NCBI RefSeq assembly: GCF_021869535.1
Contig: NW_026262679.1
Span: 37,448,001-37,512,000 of the forward strand
DNA length: 64,000 nt
Reading direction: 5' to 3'
Origin: Mytilus californianus
Lineage: Eukaryota
Shown here: piece after piece, positions 11,301-23,300 of the stretch
Layout of the letters: each line of letters begins with the position of its first letter
Position numbering within the stretch: position 1 is the first letter of the stretch
Notes under the pieces: model-generated
Seen by the model: the letters and a program-made list of their open reading frames with translations, nothing else
Databases searched by the model: none
Told to the model about the DNA's origin: nothing
Program-made: the position numbers and the translations under genes

Positions 11301-14300
11301 GTCAATATACTGTATTCTTTGCACCACTTTAATAGTCTTGTATTAATGACAGAAGTAAACAATTTCCCAACATGAGACACAAGCGAAATTCATCTGTAAT
11401 TTCCTGTATCATCAACTGGACCTTTTTTAAATAGCGGAACTAAATCACTCTTGACCCATATTTCTGGAAACCACCCGGTAATAAGTATTACGTTAAAAAG
11501 TTTACATAACAGTGTCAGTAGGGTTAATTTACACTCCTTCAGAAATTCATTTAATAAATTGTCATAACCTGTTGCCTTTTCTGTTTTCAATTTTTTAACA
11601 CAAACATCAATTTCTTGTTCCGTAAAAGGTCGGTCCAATTCTTCATAAATGACTTCATTTTTGTATTCTACTTCTGGTCCGTCATCAATTTCTTCTTTAG
11701 AAACTAAGTTTTTAAAATGCTTCAAAAATCATTTAATTTTATGTTGCTTTGTATGGCCTTTTTTCGTTTTCTGAATTTTCGATAAAAGTACTTTGGATTC
11801 GTTTTTCTTATAGAACTCAACATGTTTCCCCTCTGTTTTTTATATCGTCTTTTTAAACTATTTTCACTTCGTTTAAATCTTTGTTTAACGAGATTTAAAA
11901 TAAGTCTGTTTTCTTCACACTTACTTTGGTTAAAATGTATCAACGAGCGTCTATATTCTATATACAATTGTTTGCAGTCATCGTTTATCCACGGTTTATC
12001 TTGCCTTATATTTATAGGTTTATAAGTTCGCTTTGAGCTGTTACAATAATCACATTTTAAAGTTTTCGTCACTTCTGTTTTTGTATATTTATTGACAATA
12101 TCTGACAGACACGAATTAATATTGTTCACAATTTCGTCGATATTCCTTGGCTCATCGGATAAACTATTCATCAGTCCATTAATTTTATTGGAATTTGCTG
12201 CAAGGTCCCTTTTAACGTCATCTTTAAACCCTTCATTCCATTTATAACAATCATATTTTACAGTTTTACAAGTACATATTTCATTTAAGGTTAATCCTTT
12301 TAGTTTAAATACAACTTTTAACGGTGCATGACATGAAAAAGTAGTAAAATCACCAATGACAAAATCATTAACAATAGAAAATGAATCACGAGATAAAACA
12401 GTCAGGGATATAACTCTATAGGGTTATTACAGAAAAATAACATACATTTGTTATTGTGGACTAAAAAATCAAAGAACTGTGATAACTTATGCATGTTATA
12501 TGTTTCAAAGGGACAATATACATCATTAGTTTAGTTAAAATGTATAAAAGTTCTATTGATACTACTTTTGTCTATATGTATACTTACTATTGAAAGATAT
12601 AACAGTTCATAGTTTGCCAATTTTGCATAGTACACCTATATGTTATTACAGAAAAAATATGCCTGTAATAACTAAAGGGTGTTATCACAGCTTCTCTATA
12701 TCACTTCAAAGCAATGGCTCAGACATACATCATGCTTAATTACAATGTATTTTAATTTATTGTAAGAAATAATGATCAGAGCATGTAATGAGGTTCTGCG
12801 CAAGTTTCTCAGTAATTCCCCAGTGTCTTATATAATAATTTAAATTCCTTTAATAACTGAGCCTTGTTATCACAGCTAAGTTTATCCCTTAATAACCTTG
12901 TCTCATTGATTTACCATGGTTAATCAAAAATGTATATATTTAATTAAAAAATTAGTTATTAAGGCTATGCATTTAGTTTCTGCGCAGTCTCAAGAGATCC
13001 CTAGATGCCACTATAATTGAAATAATTTTACAAATAACAAATATATGTTATTACAGATTTAGAAAATTTAAGGAATAAAGAGTAGACAACTCATGAAAGT
13101 ATCTGTAATAACACACGCAAGTTATTTTCTGTAATAACCCTATAGAGTTATATCTCTGACTGTAAAAGCAAATAATCAATTATGCTACATCCATTCTTAT
13201 TTTGAAATGTAAAAGTTTCACTTTTTTTCCCAAAACGACCATTACATACTCATATACCAGATGATTTACACAAGTTTAAAATTTTACGACCAAACGAATT
13301 AGCCGGCTTTATGTCCTCTGTTGTTCTTTCACTTGGCAAATCAGGTTCATAATTAAGTAAATCAGTTTCATTGAGATTAAATATATTTAAATTGTCTTGC
13401 ATTATGAAGTCATTTTCTCTACCTATTCTTCTGTTGAGGTCACCAATCACTGCAATGTTACCTAATACACTATAATGTTCTACTTGTTCCTGCAAAACGT
13501 CAAAGACATCCAAGTCATATTTTTTATAAAAAACATTATTATCAGGAGGTATATATATAGCACATAAATATAAATCTTTACTATCAAACATAATAACATT
13601 GCTTATTTTTAACCATATCATACTATTGGCACAACAATTCAATACTTCAATATACGGATTTAACCACTTTCTATAGAAAACAATTACTCCTCCTCCGTTG
13701 CACTTGTCCCTATAAACAAACTTCTTATCATAACCATTTAATTCAAATTCCGTCTGGCATTTGACCCAGCACTCATTAAAGCATACAATATCACAATTCG
13801 TTATTTCCTGTAAAAATTCTTTGTCTTTTAATTTCCGCAACAGACCTTTAGAGATATTCCATGAGCACTCATTTAATGAACATTTATTACACTTATCACT
13901 TTCAACAGTAGTACAGCCATTCCCCGCAAACTCCTATTCCTGCCACAACTTTCTTTCAACGAACAATTTATCTCCTACAAAATATGCCTCTGTATTTTCT
14001 TTCCTTTTTTTCCTTCATCACCGGGATCAATTTTTTTCGTTTTAATAACACCTCTGTCGGGTACTGAGGACTAATTCCAAAACTTGTTTGTTTTAAGCGA
14101 CCCGAAGCTTTTCGTACCGTTTCTCGATCATCGAAAACAGCAAATTTTACCACTATTGGTCTCGGTTTTTCGGCATTCATCTTTTTCCTACCAAGTCTAT
14201 AGGCTTTTTCGAGTTTTATGCACGTTTTAGCGTCTTTGATATTCAACCTTTGCTCAAGAAAATCTGTAATAATGTTGATGCAGTTTTCCAGAACTTTTTT

Positions 14301-17300
14301 TTCCGCCGCATTCGCCTCCTCAGAATCACCCTGTGCCCTGTTTATTCCAAAGATTGCAAAGAACAGTAGATTATTGCTAAAGTTTTGTTTTTCAACGTCG
14401 ACGAGTCTATTTTTCACATTTAAGTTTACTGTTTTGGAAGTTTCTATGCTTTCAGTCACCTTTTCAAGTTTCTTTTTAATAGATTGGTGTTCATCCTTAA
14501 TATCGGACATAAATTGGGCACTATGTTCAAGCGTGCTTATTCTGTCTTTGCAGGATTTAATATCATATCAACATCAACAGCACTAAATTTCAAATCGTAT
14601 TTGTTTAATCGCTCTTCAATAGAGTCTAGCTTGTTGAGTTTAGTTTCGATCGAATCAACATTTTTACACAATTCATTTAATATCATCTCAATTCCGTTTG
14701 TTGCTAGATGAGGCGGCAGGGGTGGGGGTGGCGGTGGTGGACTCGGGTATTGTTGAAACTGATAGGGCTGGCCATATAACTGGAAATTTGGTGTACTTAA
14801 TTGAATGGGTGTTTACTGACTAAACCCTTGATTAATTGAATTGTTCATGTTTGTATTTTGATCGTTATGAATAGTAGGTGAGTTGTTGTAAAGACAAGAG
14901 AATGCCTCACTTAGTGTATCTGTTAAAAATACCTTGTTTTTGTCACCCTTTATGTCACCTGAACACTTTTTCTTGCCTTTTGTAAACAAAGAACTGTCAC
15001 TTGTCGAGCCTTCAGATGAAGTATTTCCTTTAGTACGATTTTGCCTCTTTCGTTTTTTGTCTTTTTTGTCTGTCTTATTTGGCATCACTAATCACAAATT
15101 TAAATCCAGTTAAAAGTAACTAATGCTGCATATTCACAAATTTTACGCATTTTTATATCATAATTCAAGAGCGAAATTTTTCACTGCCATTCAAACTGGT
15201 GCATGCGTATGATTAAAGTGACATACTAAAAACGTAAACAGGTTTCCTGTAGTGTTTTATTGTTTAATTGAATATTTTGACGAAATGAATCATGAATGAA
15301 AAATTGTCATGAGGCGAAAGATACTAAATCTTCAATGAGTTTACTCATACCAAGCTATAAACTTCATGTAGTATTTACATCAACGCTAGTTATAAAAGAA
15401 CAATTATACCAAATTTGGCTTTGTAAATACCAATCAACTAATAACAGTAATCATACATAATTAGCATTTATAAATAGTCGTCAAATCACAATAATAAAAT
15501 TAAAAAAATTCTAGACTTTTTAAAGAAAATTTAAATATTTTGATAAAAACATCTAAAAAATATCTAATAATTCAACCAGTATTTGAATAAAATTAGGGGG
15601 TGAATGTGTGGGGTGTGAAGGTGTAGGGTGCGAAGGTGTATTGAGAGCCAATGGACCTGATACCAATACCTACAACGGATAAAAATGATATCTGTTTCAT
15701 TAAGTTGTTTATAAGTAAACAGTATATCAAATTTGGAACATTCTACAGAATTCTTTTTAAGGTTCATCAGGAGGAATTAAAAAAAAAAATGTGTTAACGC
15801 CACAAAATCATGAAAATTACAGGCATACAAATGTACCTGTAAGCATTTTAAGGCATGACAGGAACTAGATATTTAAAATTTAAATGTATTTATTTTATGT
15901 TTCAGAAAATTATAAACTTATGTTGATTTTGAGATTCCTCTTTTTTTCCATTCCCACTGAAGGTGCCAAAATAAAAAACACCTGAATATCATATGATAGG
16001 ATCCACTCATTTAAACAGTTTTAATCCCCAAATGTTGTGTAGATATCTTTTGTCCATGTCAATCAAAACAACTCACTAAAAATAATATTATTATGTAGGG
16101 GAACATCTCAAACTTTTTCCAGCATATTTTATTTTGGCACCTGAGTGAATCTCAAAATCCAGAAAAGTTTATGATTTTCTGAAAACAAAAAATATATATG
16201 GGTAAAGCCAAAAAGGTGCTCCAAATTGGTCAAATAACCATCTGAAGCTTAAATCCCAATTTTAAAATATTTAATATATGTTATTTGATTACAACTTGTT
16301 ATTGAGCATCAGTGACATGATGAAGTAGAAGATTTGATAAATATCAAATATCCGCTAATTCAATGTGTCTTGTTATTGAAGTTTGTCAAACGTAGATCTG
16401 TACGTTCCTGTGTCCCAAGCGTGACATGGAAATCCCCTTCTAACAAAAAATATACCTGGTTGTTTTTATGGGCAAAAGAAAAACGGAAAGTAAGTTAAAT
16501 CGTCAGAAAAGTGTTGTTGCACTATAAATCCGTCAAAGTTTTGCGTGAACTGCAGTAAAATTAATCAAAGAAACGATTATTTCGACAGGGTTAGTAATGT
16601 TATATTGACAATAGACTACTATGGTAAAAATAACGCACGGGGTTTTCCGCGATATCGTCATCTGCGGAACATTTGATTGGTTCCTGTCATATTCATGCGC
16701 CGTCGTATCTCGGCTGTTTCAAATAGTTCTAATTTTGGTTTCGTATTCCGTTTTATGAGAAGCATAGAATGGCAAGTTTGTAATGTCAAAATAACGTATA
16801 ACGTACGTAAAATGTTAATTCCTTATTATTAACGGAAAGAGTTTATCCAGGGAGAAAAAAATACTTTGTTTCATTTCAAAATTGCTATATATACGAAACT
16901 AAATGTAAGCATCACTATCATTCATGGATGAAAATGGAAGAAGAACTCGATGGTAAGTTTTTAGCAAAATGTCAAACTAATAACGACCAAGGCGTCAAAC
17001 AAAGTATAACGACCAAACCATTCTGTCAAATTGACACTGTTTTATTTAATTTTTGCCAAAATAATATGCTTAGAATGATAAGAACTAACGAATATAACGC
17101 ATTCAAGCACCCAAGTCAAACCATTCGTTCACTTTTTACGGTAACATCGATATGACCGTTACTTGACCAATTTTGTCAACCCAGTCAATATAACACCTAG
17201 GATGTAGATGATCTTTGTAGAGATATACTGCACCATTCTTTTCATTTAACTTCTATTTCAACTTACAGATAATAAAGGGGGAAAGTTAATATACATTTAA

Positions 17301-20300
17301 AAAGGGTGAAGTAATTTTCAGTGCTTTTTCACAGGGTGTTAGTTGACAATTATATGCATAGTCAATATAACCAGGGTCATTAAGAGAGTTAGTTGACACC
17401 TTAATGTAAGGGTCAATATAACTCCTACTCCCTCAGTAGTCCTAAAGCTACTATTACTACTGAAATATGTTGACTTTGGCTTTTAGCCTACAAATCTCTT
17501 GTACAATAAAAAAATCAAGCCTTTTAATGAAATTGTAAGCATATTTCCTGCTTCTTTGAAATAGAGCATACGTTGACAACTAAAGGTTTCAAGTCAATAT
17601 AACCATGGTCCAAAAGAGAGTTAGTTGACACATTAATTTTATAGATGTAAATACAGCCTTTTATCAAAAGAACATCAACAAAAAACAAGAAAACAGAAAA
17701 TTGTCACAAGACTATAACATGCAAGTTTCTGTCTTGAGACGGTGCAACAAGTTTGTTTTTAAGCACTCAACCTCCCCATACCCTTGAATTTGACAATAAA
17801 AACATGAATGTAGACACAATGCAAATCAATGTGAAGTGGATACTTATTTCCAATGCTGTTTTCAACATTGGATAACATACAACATCATAAACATAAGAAG
17901 ATGTGGTATTATTGCCAAAGAAACAACTCTCCACCTAAGACCTAAAGAAGTAAAAAAAAACAATAATAGCCTATAAGGTCACGTTATGGCCTTCAACATG
18001 GAGCCTTGACTCACATTTTCATTCATTTCAATTTAAAATCATGTATAAAACTATTTTAACTTTATTTATTTGCTTTTCAGATCTTTGAGATAAATCAACT
18101 GAGTATGAACAGTGGAATAGACAGCAGAATGAACTTTAAAATGTTTTTAATTTGTTTAAATAAATGATTTATGGTTTGATTCTTGAATAGTGGTTTAATT
18201 ATTAGTATTGTCATACATTAATCATGTTAATGTGTTTTATACTTTAGTTTCAAAAGTGTTGATTTAATAAGCTCTTGAAAAAAAATTGTTGAAAACAGTT
18301 GATCAATAAAGTCACCATCTGACATAGCCAAGAGTATCATAACTGTACATATTAAATGAGCAACCTTTGACCAAAGTACAAAGTCAGTTCAAGTGAGCCT
18401 AATTAACAATACTCCTAAATACCAACAGTAAACAATATGTTCCCCTAAATACTGTGAGTAACTCATTAAGTGTCTGTTTACCATCAGGCTAAGCTAACTC
18501 TTGCAGTGCACCGGATAGTTTTATTGGGTTAAAAGTATGTCGGTTAAAAGCTCATTAGAGCTTATGTTGTCTCTGTTTGTATACCTTGCCGACTCTAAAA
18601 TAAAGCTTATTTATTGGGTTTGAGTTGTTATTTAAGGTTTGTTCTTTTCTTGTTATTTATCTTGATTTCTCCTCTCCCTTTTGGATTTGTGAATTAGTGC
18701 ACCTTTATTTTTCTTGCATTCTATAGTTGTCACTTTGATCTGATAGATCTCAGATAGTTTTGGTTATGAGCTTGTGACTTCATTATTAGCTGAACAATAA
18801 TGAACATGAACCCCTGCATGCAAACAAGAATTAAGTTTATATCAAAATAAACATAATGGATCAAACTCTTTGTGTTCAGATGTTACACCAGATTTCCTGT
18901 TTTATTTCAGTAAGTTACTTGACATTGTGTCAATATAACAACCAAAAGACGGTAGTGTTGTGAGCAATATAAGCATTCAATCATAATTTGGTAAAATGAA
19001 AAATAACCATCAGTTACCTAGACAATAGTAGAAAAAAAATCTTTAATAAAAATGATTTTGAAAAAGGTTAAATTTAAACACTATTCGTCAATATAACCTA
19101 CATGTAAGATATGGTATACAAGATTTATAGTCATCTTCTTCATTTAGAAGATTAAGCTGTATTGGATAACTTTTCCCCTACTTAAAAAATCAGCTAGTGT
19201 TGCCCCCCCTGTTTTTTGAGTGGCCTGTTTTAAAATTAAGGCAGAAAAACTATCAAAAAGGGTTATTGTCAAAATAACATACATTGAATTTGGATTTAAT
19301 TATGTCAACGAAGATCTTGGTTTACAACAACTACATAAAATATTTCATTTGAAATATAATAATTATGTTTACAAATATAATTGCTGTTCAAAAAACGTTT
19401 TACACAAGTTACTAGAAGAAAACTTTATTTTGGACATCTATAACATACTGATCTTGCTCAGAGCACTGACATTTCAGAACATCAGGGATAAATCTGTGAA
19501 TTGGTCTATGATATAATGATGTTGAAAGATATTATGTGCAGCTAAGTATTGATACATTTCATTAATCCCATAAGAAACTATTTAAAACAAAAGATGCGCT
19601 ATTGTCAATATAACTTACACAAAATATACAAGGAAGGTCAATTTTACAAAAACATAGCAAGACCAGGGATTTCAAATAAAAAGAGGTAGTAAGATACAGA
19701 TGGTTGCTAACAAAATAATGTGAATTGATAGAGATATCAAAAACTTCAATTTTATATCCTAATGTCACACTTTCCAGACCACCTTTATGGCTTTACCCAT
19801 ATATGTATTTAAACTTTGATTATCTAGTCACTGTCAAGCCTTGAAAAATTACCAGTTGCACAGGTATGTGACAGGTTTGTCTGTTCTCAGAGAAAATTAT
19901 GTTGTGTAAACATGGCCACATTTTTCAATTCTTTTTATAAACCTTTCATTCAACATGTTCAATGTGAATCATTTCCGATATAAAGCCCAAGAAAGAAATA
20001 AATGATTTTGGACATATTGTTTTACCAATGTCTGTAGATGTCTCGCATAGGGTACATGATTTATCCAGCTAACTCATGGCTCCTCCGTCAGTTTTCAAGC
20101 TAGATCCTTATACATGTACATGTAATATGTCACAGGTGTTACCTGATGAGCTCCTGAAGGTTTGATAATATTTATTGTTGCATGTTTTTTTTTTATTTGT
20201 CCTCATACCTTTGGTAATCAGATATGAAAACTTGTAGGAAATCATATGTCCCTCAGATACAAATTTGCCAAAAACTATATGCTCTTTTATGATGTTGTAT

Positions 20301-23300
20301 TTAGGAAAAATCCTTAAAAGGAAGGTCTTTCACTACATTAGCAGTGTGACCCAAATCAATTCTTCTACCATTTATACAGAATGTTAAGGTACACATACCT
20401 GCATACCATGTATACTAAACATGCTGAAGGTGTGAACATTACCACAATTTCGATTTCCTTAACATTTTTCACAGATGGCAAGATAAAGTTGTCATTTTTG
20501 TGAAATTATTCATGCTGAGCACTTGTTCACTTCACAGAATTTTTAATTATTACATGTATATCTTATTCATTTGAACAATGAAATTGCAAGCTCTACGAAT
20601 ATGCAGCTATGCATAAAAGTTGTTTGTCATTATTATTTTTAATGGTACATGTATGACATGCAGAACAATAGATCTTATATTTTTTAATTTATACATTTCA
20701 GTTTGGAGTATTTTCCTTTTTGCTTCTTTAGTGGATATCACTGTTGCCTTAGAGAATGATGGTTATATTGAGAAATACATGCATTTCTACCTCCTGCAGG
20801 GAGAACCTTATCTGAAAACTCCCTTTGGAACTATGATCAACTACTGGGATGGTGTAATACACTTTGCTTTGGTTTTATTTGTCTTGTCAAGGAAAAGTTA
20901 TGAGTAAGTCAGTCAAAGCTTGGTCAAAATGACACTTTACCATGTCTGCATCAAAATGAAATTAAAACTCAGTTGAGTAAGAGTAATGTATTTTTTAAGT
21001 TTTTTTCAGCAATATCTTGGGATATATTCTTTGAATAGAAGGAGCTTATACTCTCTATATGAAAATGTATATACATTGTACATATACATGTATGGCATTC
21101 AATTCATTACAATATTCAATATATCTGATATATTCAAGCAAAGGAACAAACTTCAGGGTGATTCAGAGCTTGACATGTGAAAAAGACAATTAACTGTGGT
21201 CTAAGACAATTTGTTGGCTTGTAGATGTTTTGTGTTGCTGTGTTGCTGCATGTCTCTTTGACATACCTACTTCTCAACTTCTCCCTAATTCATCATGGTC
21301 ATTGTGATTAATGTCACTGACTCATATGAAATCAATATGCAATAAGAGTCATTACAGTATTAAAATAGTAGAATCTTATTCACAAGAGAGGTACATGTAG
21401 CTTAAGTCAGGTACCACTGTACTCCATATATGTTGTGTTTGCATGAATAATACATTTCTTATCACATATCTAACCTTTGATGTGGATGTCCTTCTCAATA
21501 TCATAGATTCTATCTGCTTATAACATTTTTTTTCCTATTATGACTACATGCATGACATGTACATGTACTTGTACCTGCATGTCTAATAATTCACTGTTAT
21601 CTTTAATTACTCATCATGGCCATATATTTCCAATCATCATGTAAGTTTCCTCTACTGACTACTGTTGATTTGAAAATTATTTTATATAGTTAAGATAGGG
21701 TTTCTCTAGTTACTGTGGTCTTTCCTCTTTTCCATTGTTCAAAATTTCCACGCTTTGTATTTTTTCATAAAAGTTGTCTATCAAATTTTTTTTATTAGAA
21801 TTTGATAAAATGTGAACAATAAGTACACATGTACATGTATGCAACTGCATTTTAGTTTTGAAGTTGTATTACCAACTGAAAAGAAACAACAACCTTCAAA
21901 TTTTGAAACAACAGCATGCACCTCTGTGCATATGCATTAGAATTGACCTCAGTTGTTTCTATGTTTACATGCTGAAAATAATAATTTATGCATGAAAATT
22001 AGTGTAAACAGTTTTATATGTAAGTTAAAGGTACAGAATATGTACATTTTTACTTCTGGTTGTTCAAGGAACAGATTTGGTTTAATGAAAAACTCCTTTT
22101 CTTCTGTGATCTTCATGATCTTGGCCAATATGGTTTGTACCCTCACAGTATGTTTAGTTTTCACATATTGTGCATAAAAAGAATATTTTTGTGTCTGAGT
22201 GGAATTATATATGAGCTTAAACATCTCTATTCCAACCTGACCTTATTTTTTTGTAGCATGGAGTATTCTTTTGTTTTCCTCCATGGTTGATGTAGTTATT
22301 GCCCTTGAGAATGATGGTTTTCTAGGTAGATATCTACATTTTTACCTGTTGCAAGGGGAACCTTACCTGAAAACTCCACATGGGACCTCTATTTGTTATT
22401 GGGATGGTTCAGTACATTTTGCATTGTACATGTTTATCATGTCAAGAAGTAATTATAAGTAAGTATATATATTAAAGTGTACAACATACAAAACCAGATG
22501 TACCTTTTACATGTTTTATGAGAGAAATTATTTCAGTTCTGAAATTGTTTCATGAAAAGCTTTATATCCTTTATAATTGATATAAATCTTTGTTGATCTA
22601 CTTTTTACCTCATTATTACAGATTAAACTGGGTTTGGGAAACCCCTTCCCAATTTTATTTTCAGGGTTTTTTGCCTTTTTGAGGGTCAATTGGTTGCAAA
22701 TGCTTTGACAAATATTAGATTTGTGTTACAAGTTTTTCAACAATATAGGTTGGGAAAAAAATTTCCCCTCTCCCTTCCTAAAGACCAGTTGTGAATGGGG
22801 ACTGCCCTGTCCTTTAATTTTCTGTATGTGATTCAAAATTGGTTTTATTGGTTAAAATACCTTAAACAAAACCAGTTTATATAGGTTATATATATGTATT
22901 GAAAACACCTATTGAAACTTTTCTGAATGAATTTTTAAAAAGTGTTTTCTGCATTATTAAGGTCTTTTTAAGTTTCTGCTGCCAAAAGCACCATGCTCCT
23001 TTCAAAATCTGACAGAAAAACTAGTCAGTATTCTGAATAATTATCAGGTTTATTATACAGGTTTCTTGGACCCTTTAGTCATGTTAGTTATTTTGATTCT
23101 GAATACATTGTTGACAAACAAAAACAGGATTTTTTTATTACCAAATACATTGTACCGGTAATCAGGAAAAATACAGTAATAAAACTTCTTTTAAGTAGAA
23201 ATTTTGCATGCTTGTAAATTTAGTTGTGTGATAGAAAATGTAACATATGGAAAGGGCATTTATGTGCATGAAAAACGTGAAATTCAATTACGATTTTACA

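Noticed and set aside
10366-14711. Plus-strand ORFs overlapping the LINE (10366, 11822, 13761, 14218, 14484)
   Set aside because: They are antisense shadows of LINE coding sequence.
20105-21845. Recurrent TACATGTA motifs around exons 2a/2b as possible splicing-control elements
   Set aside because: It is a low-complexity palindromic motif scattered elsewhere in the window, with no positional specificity.
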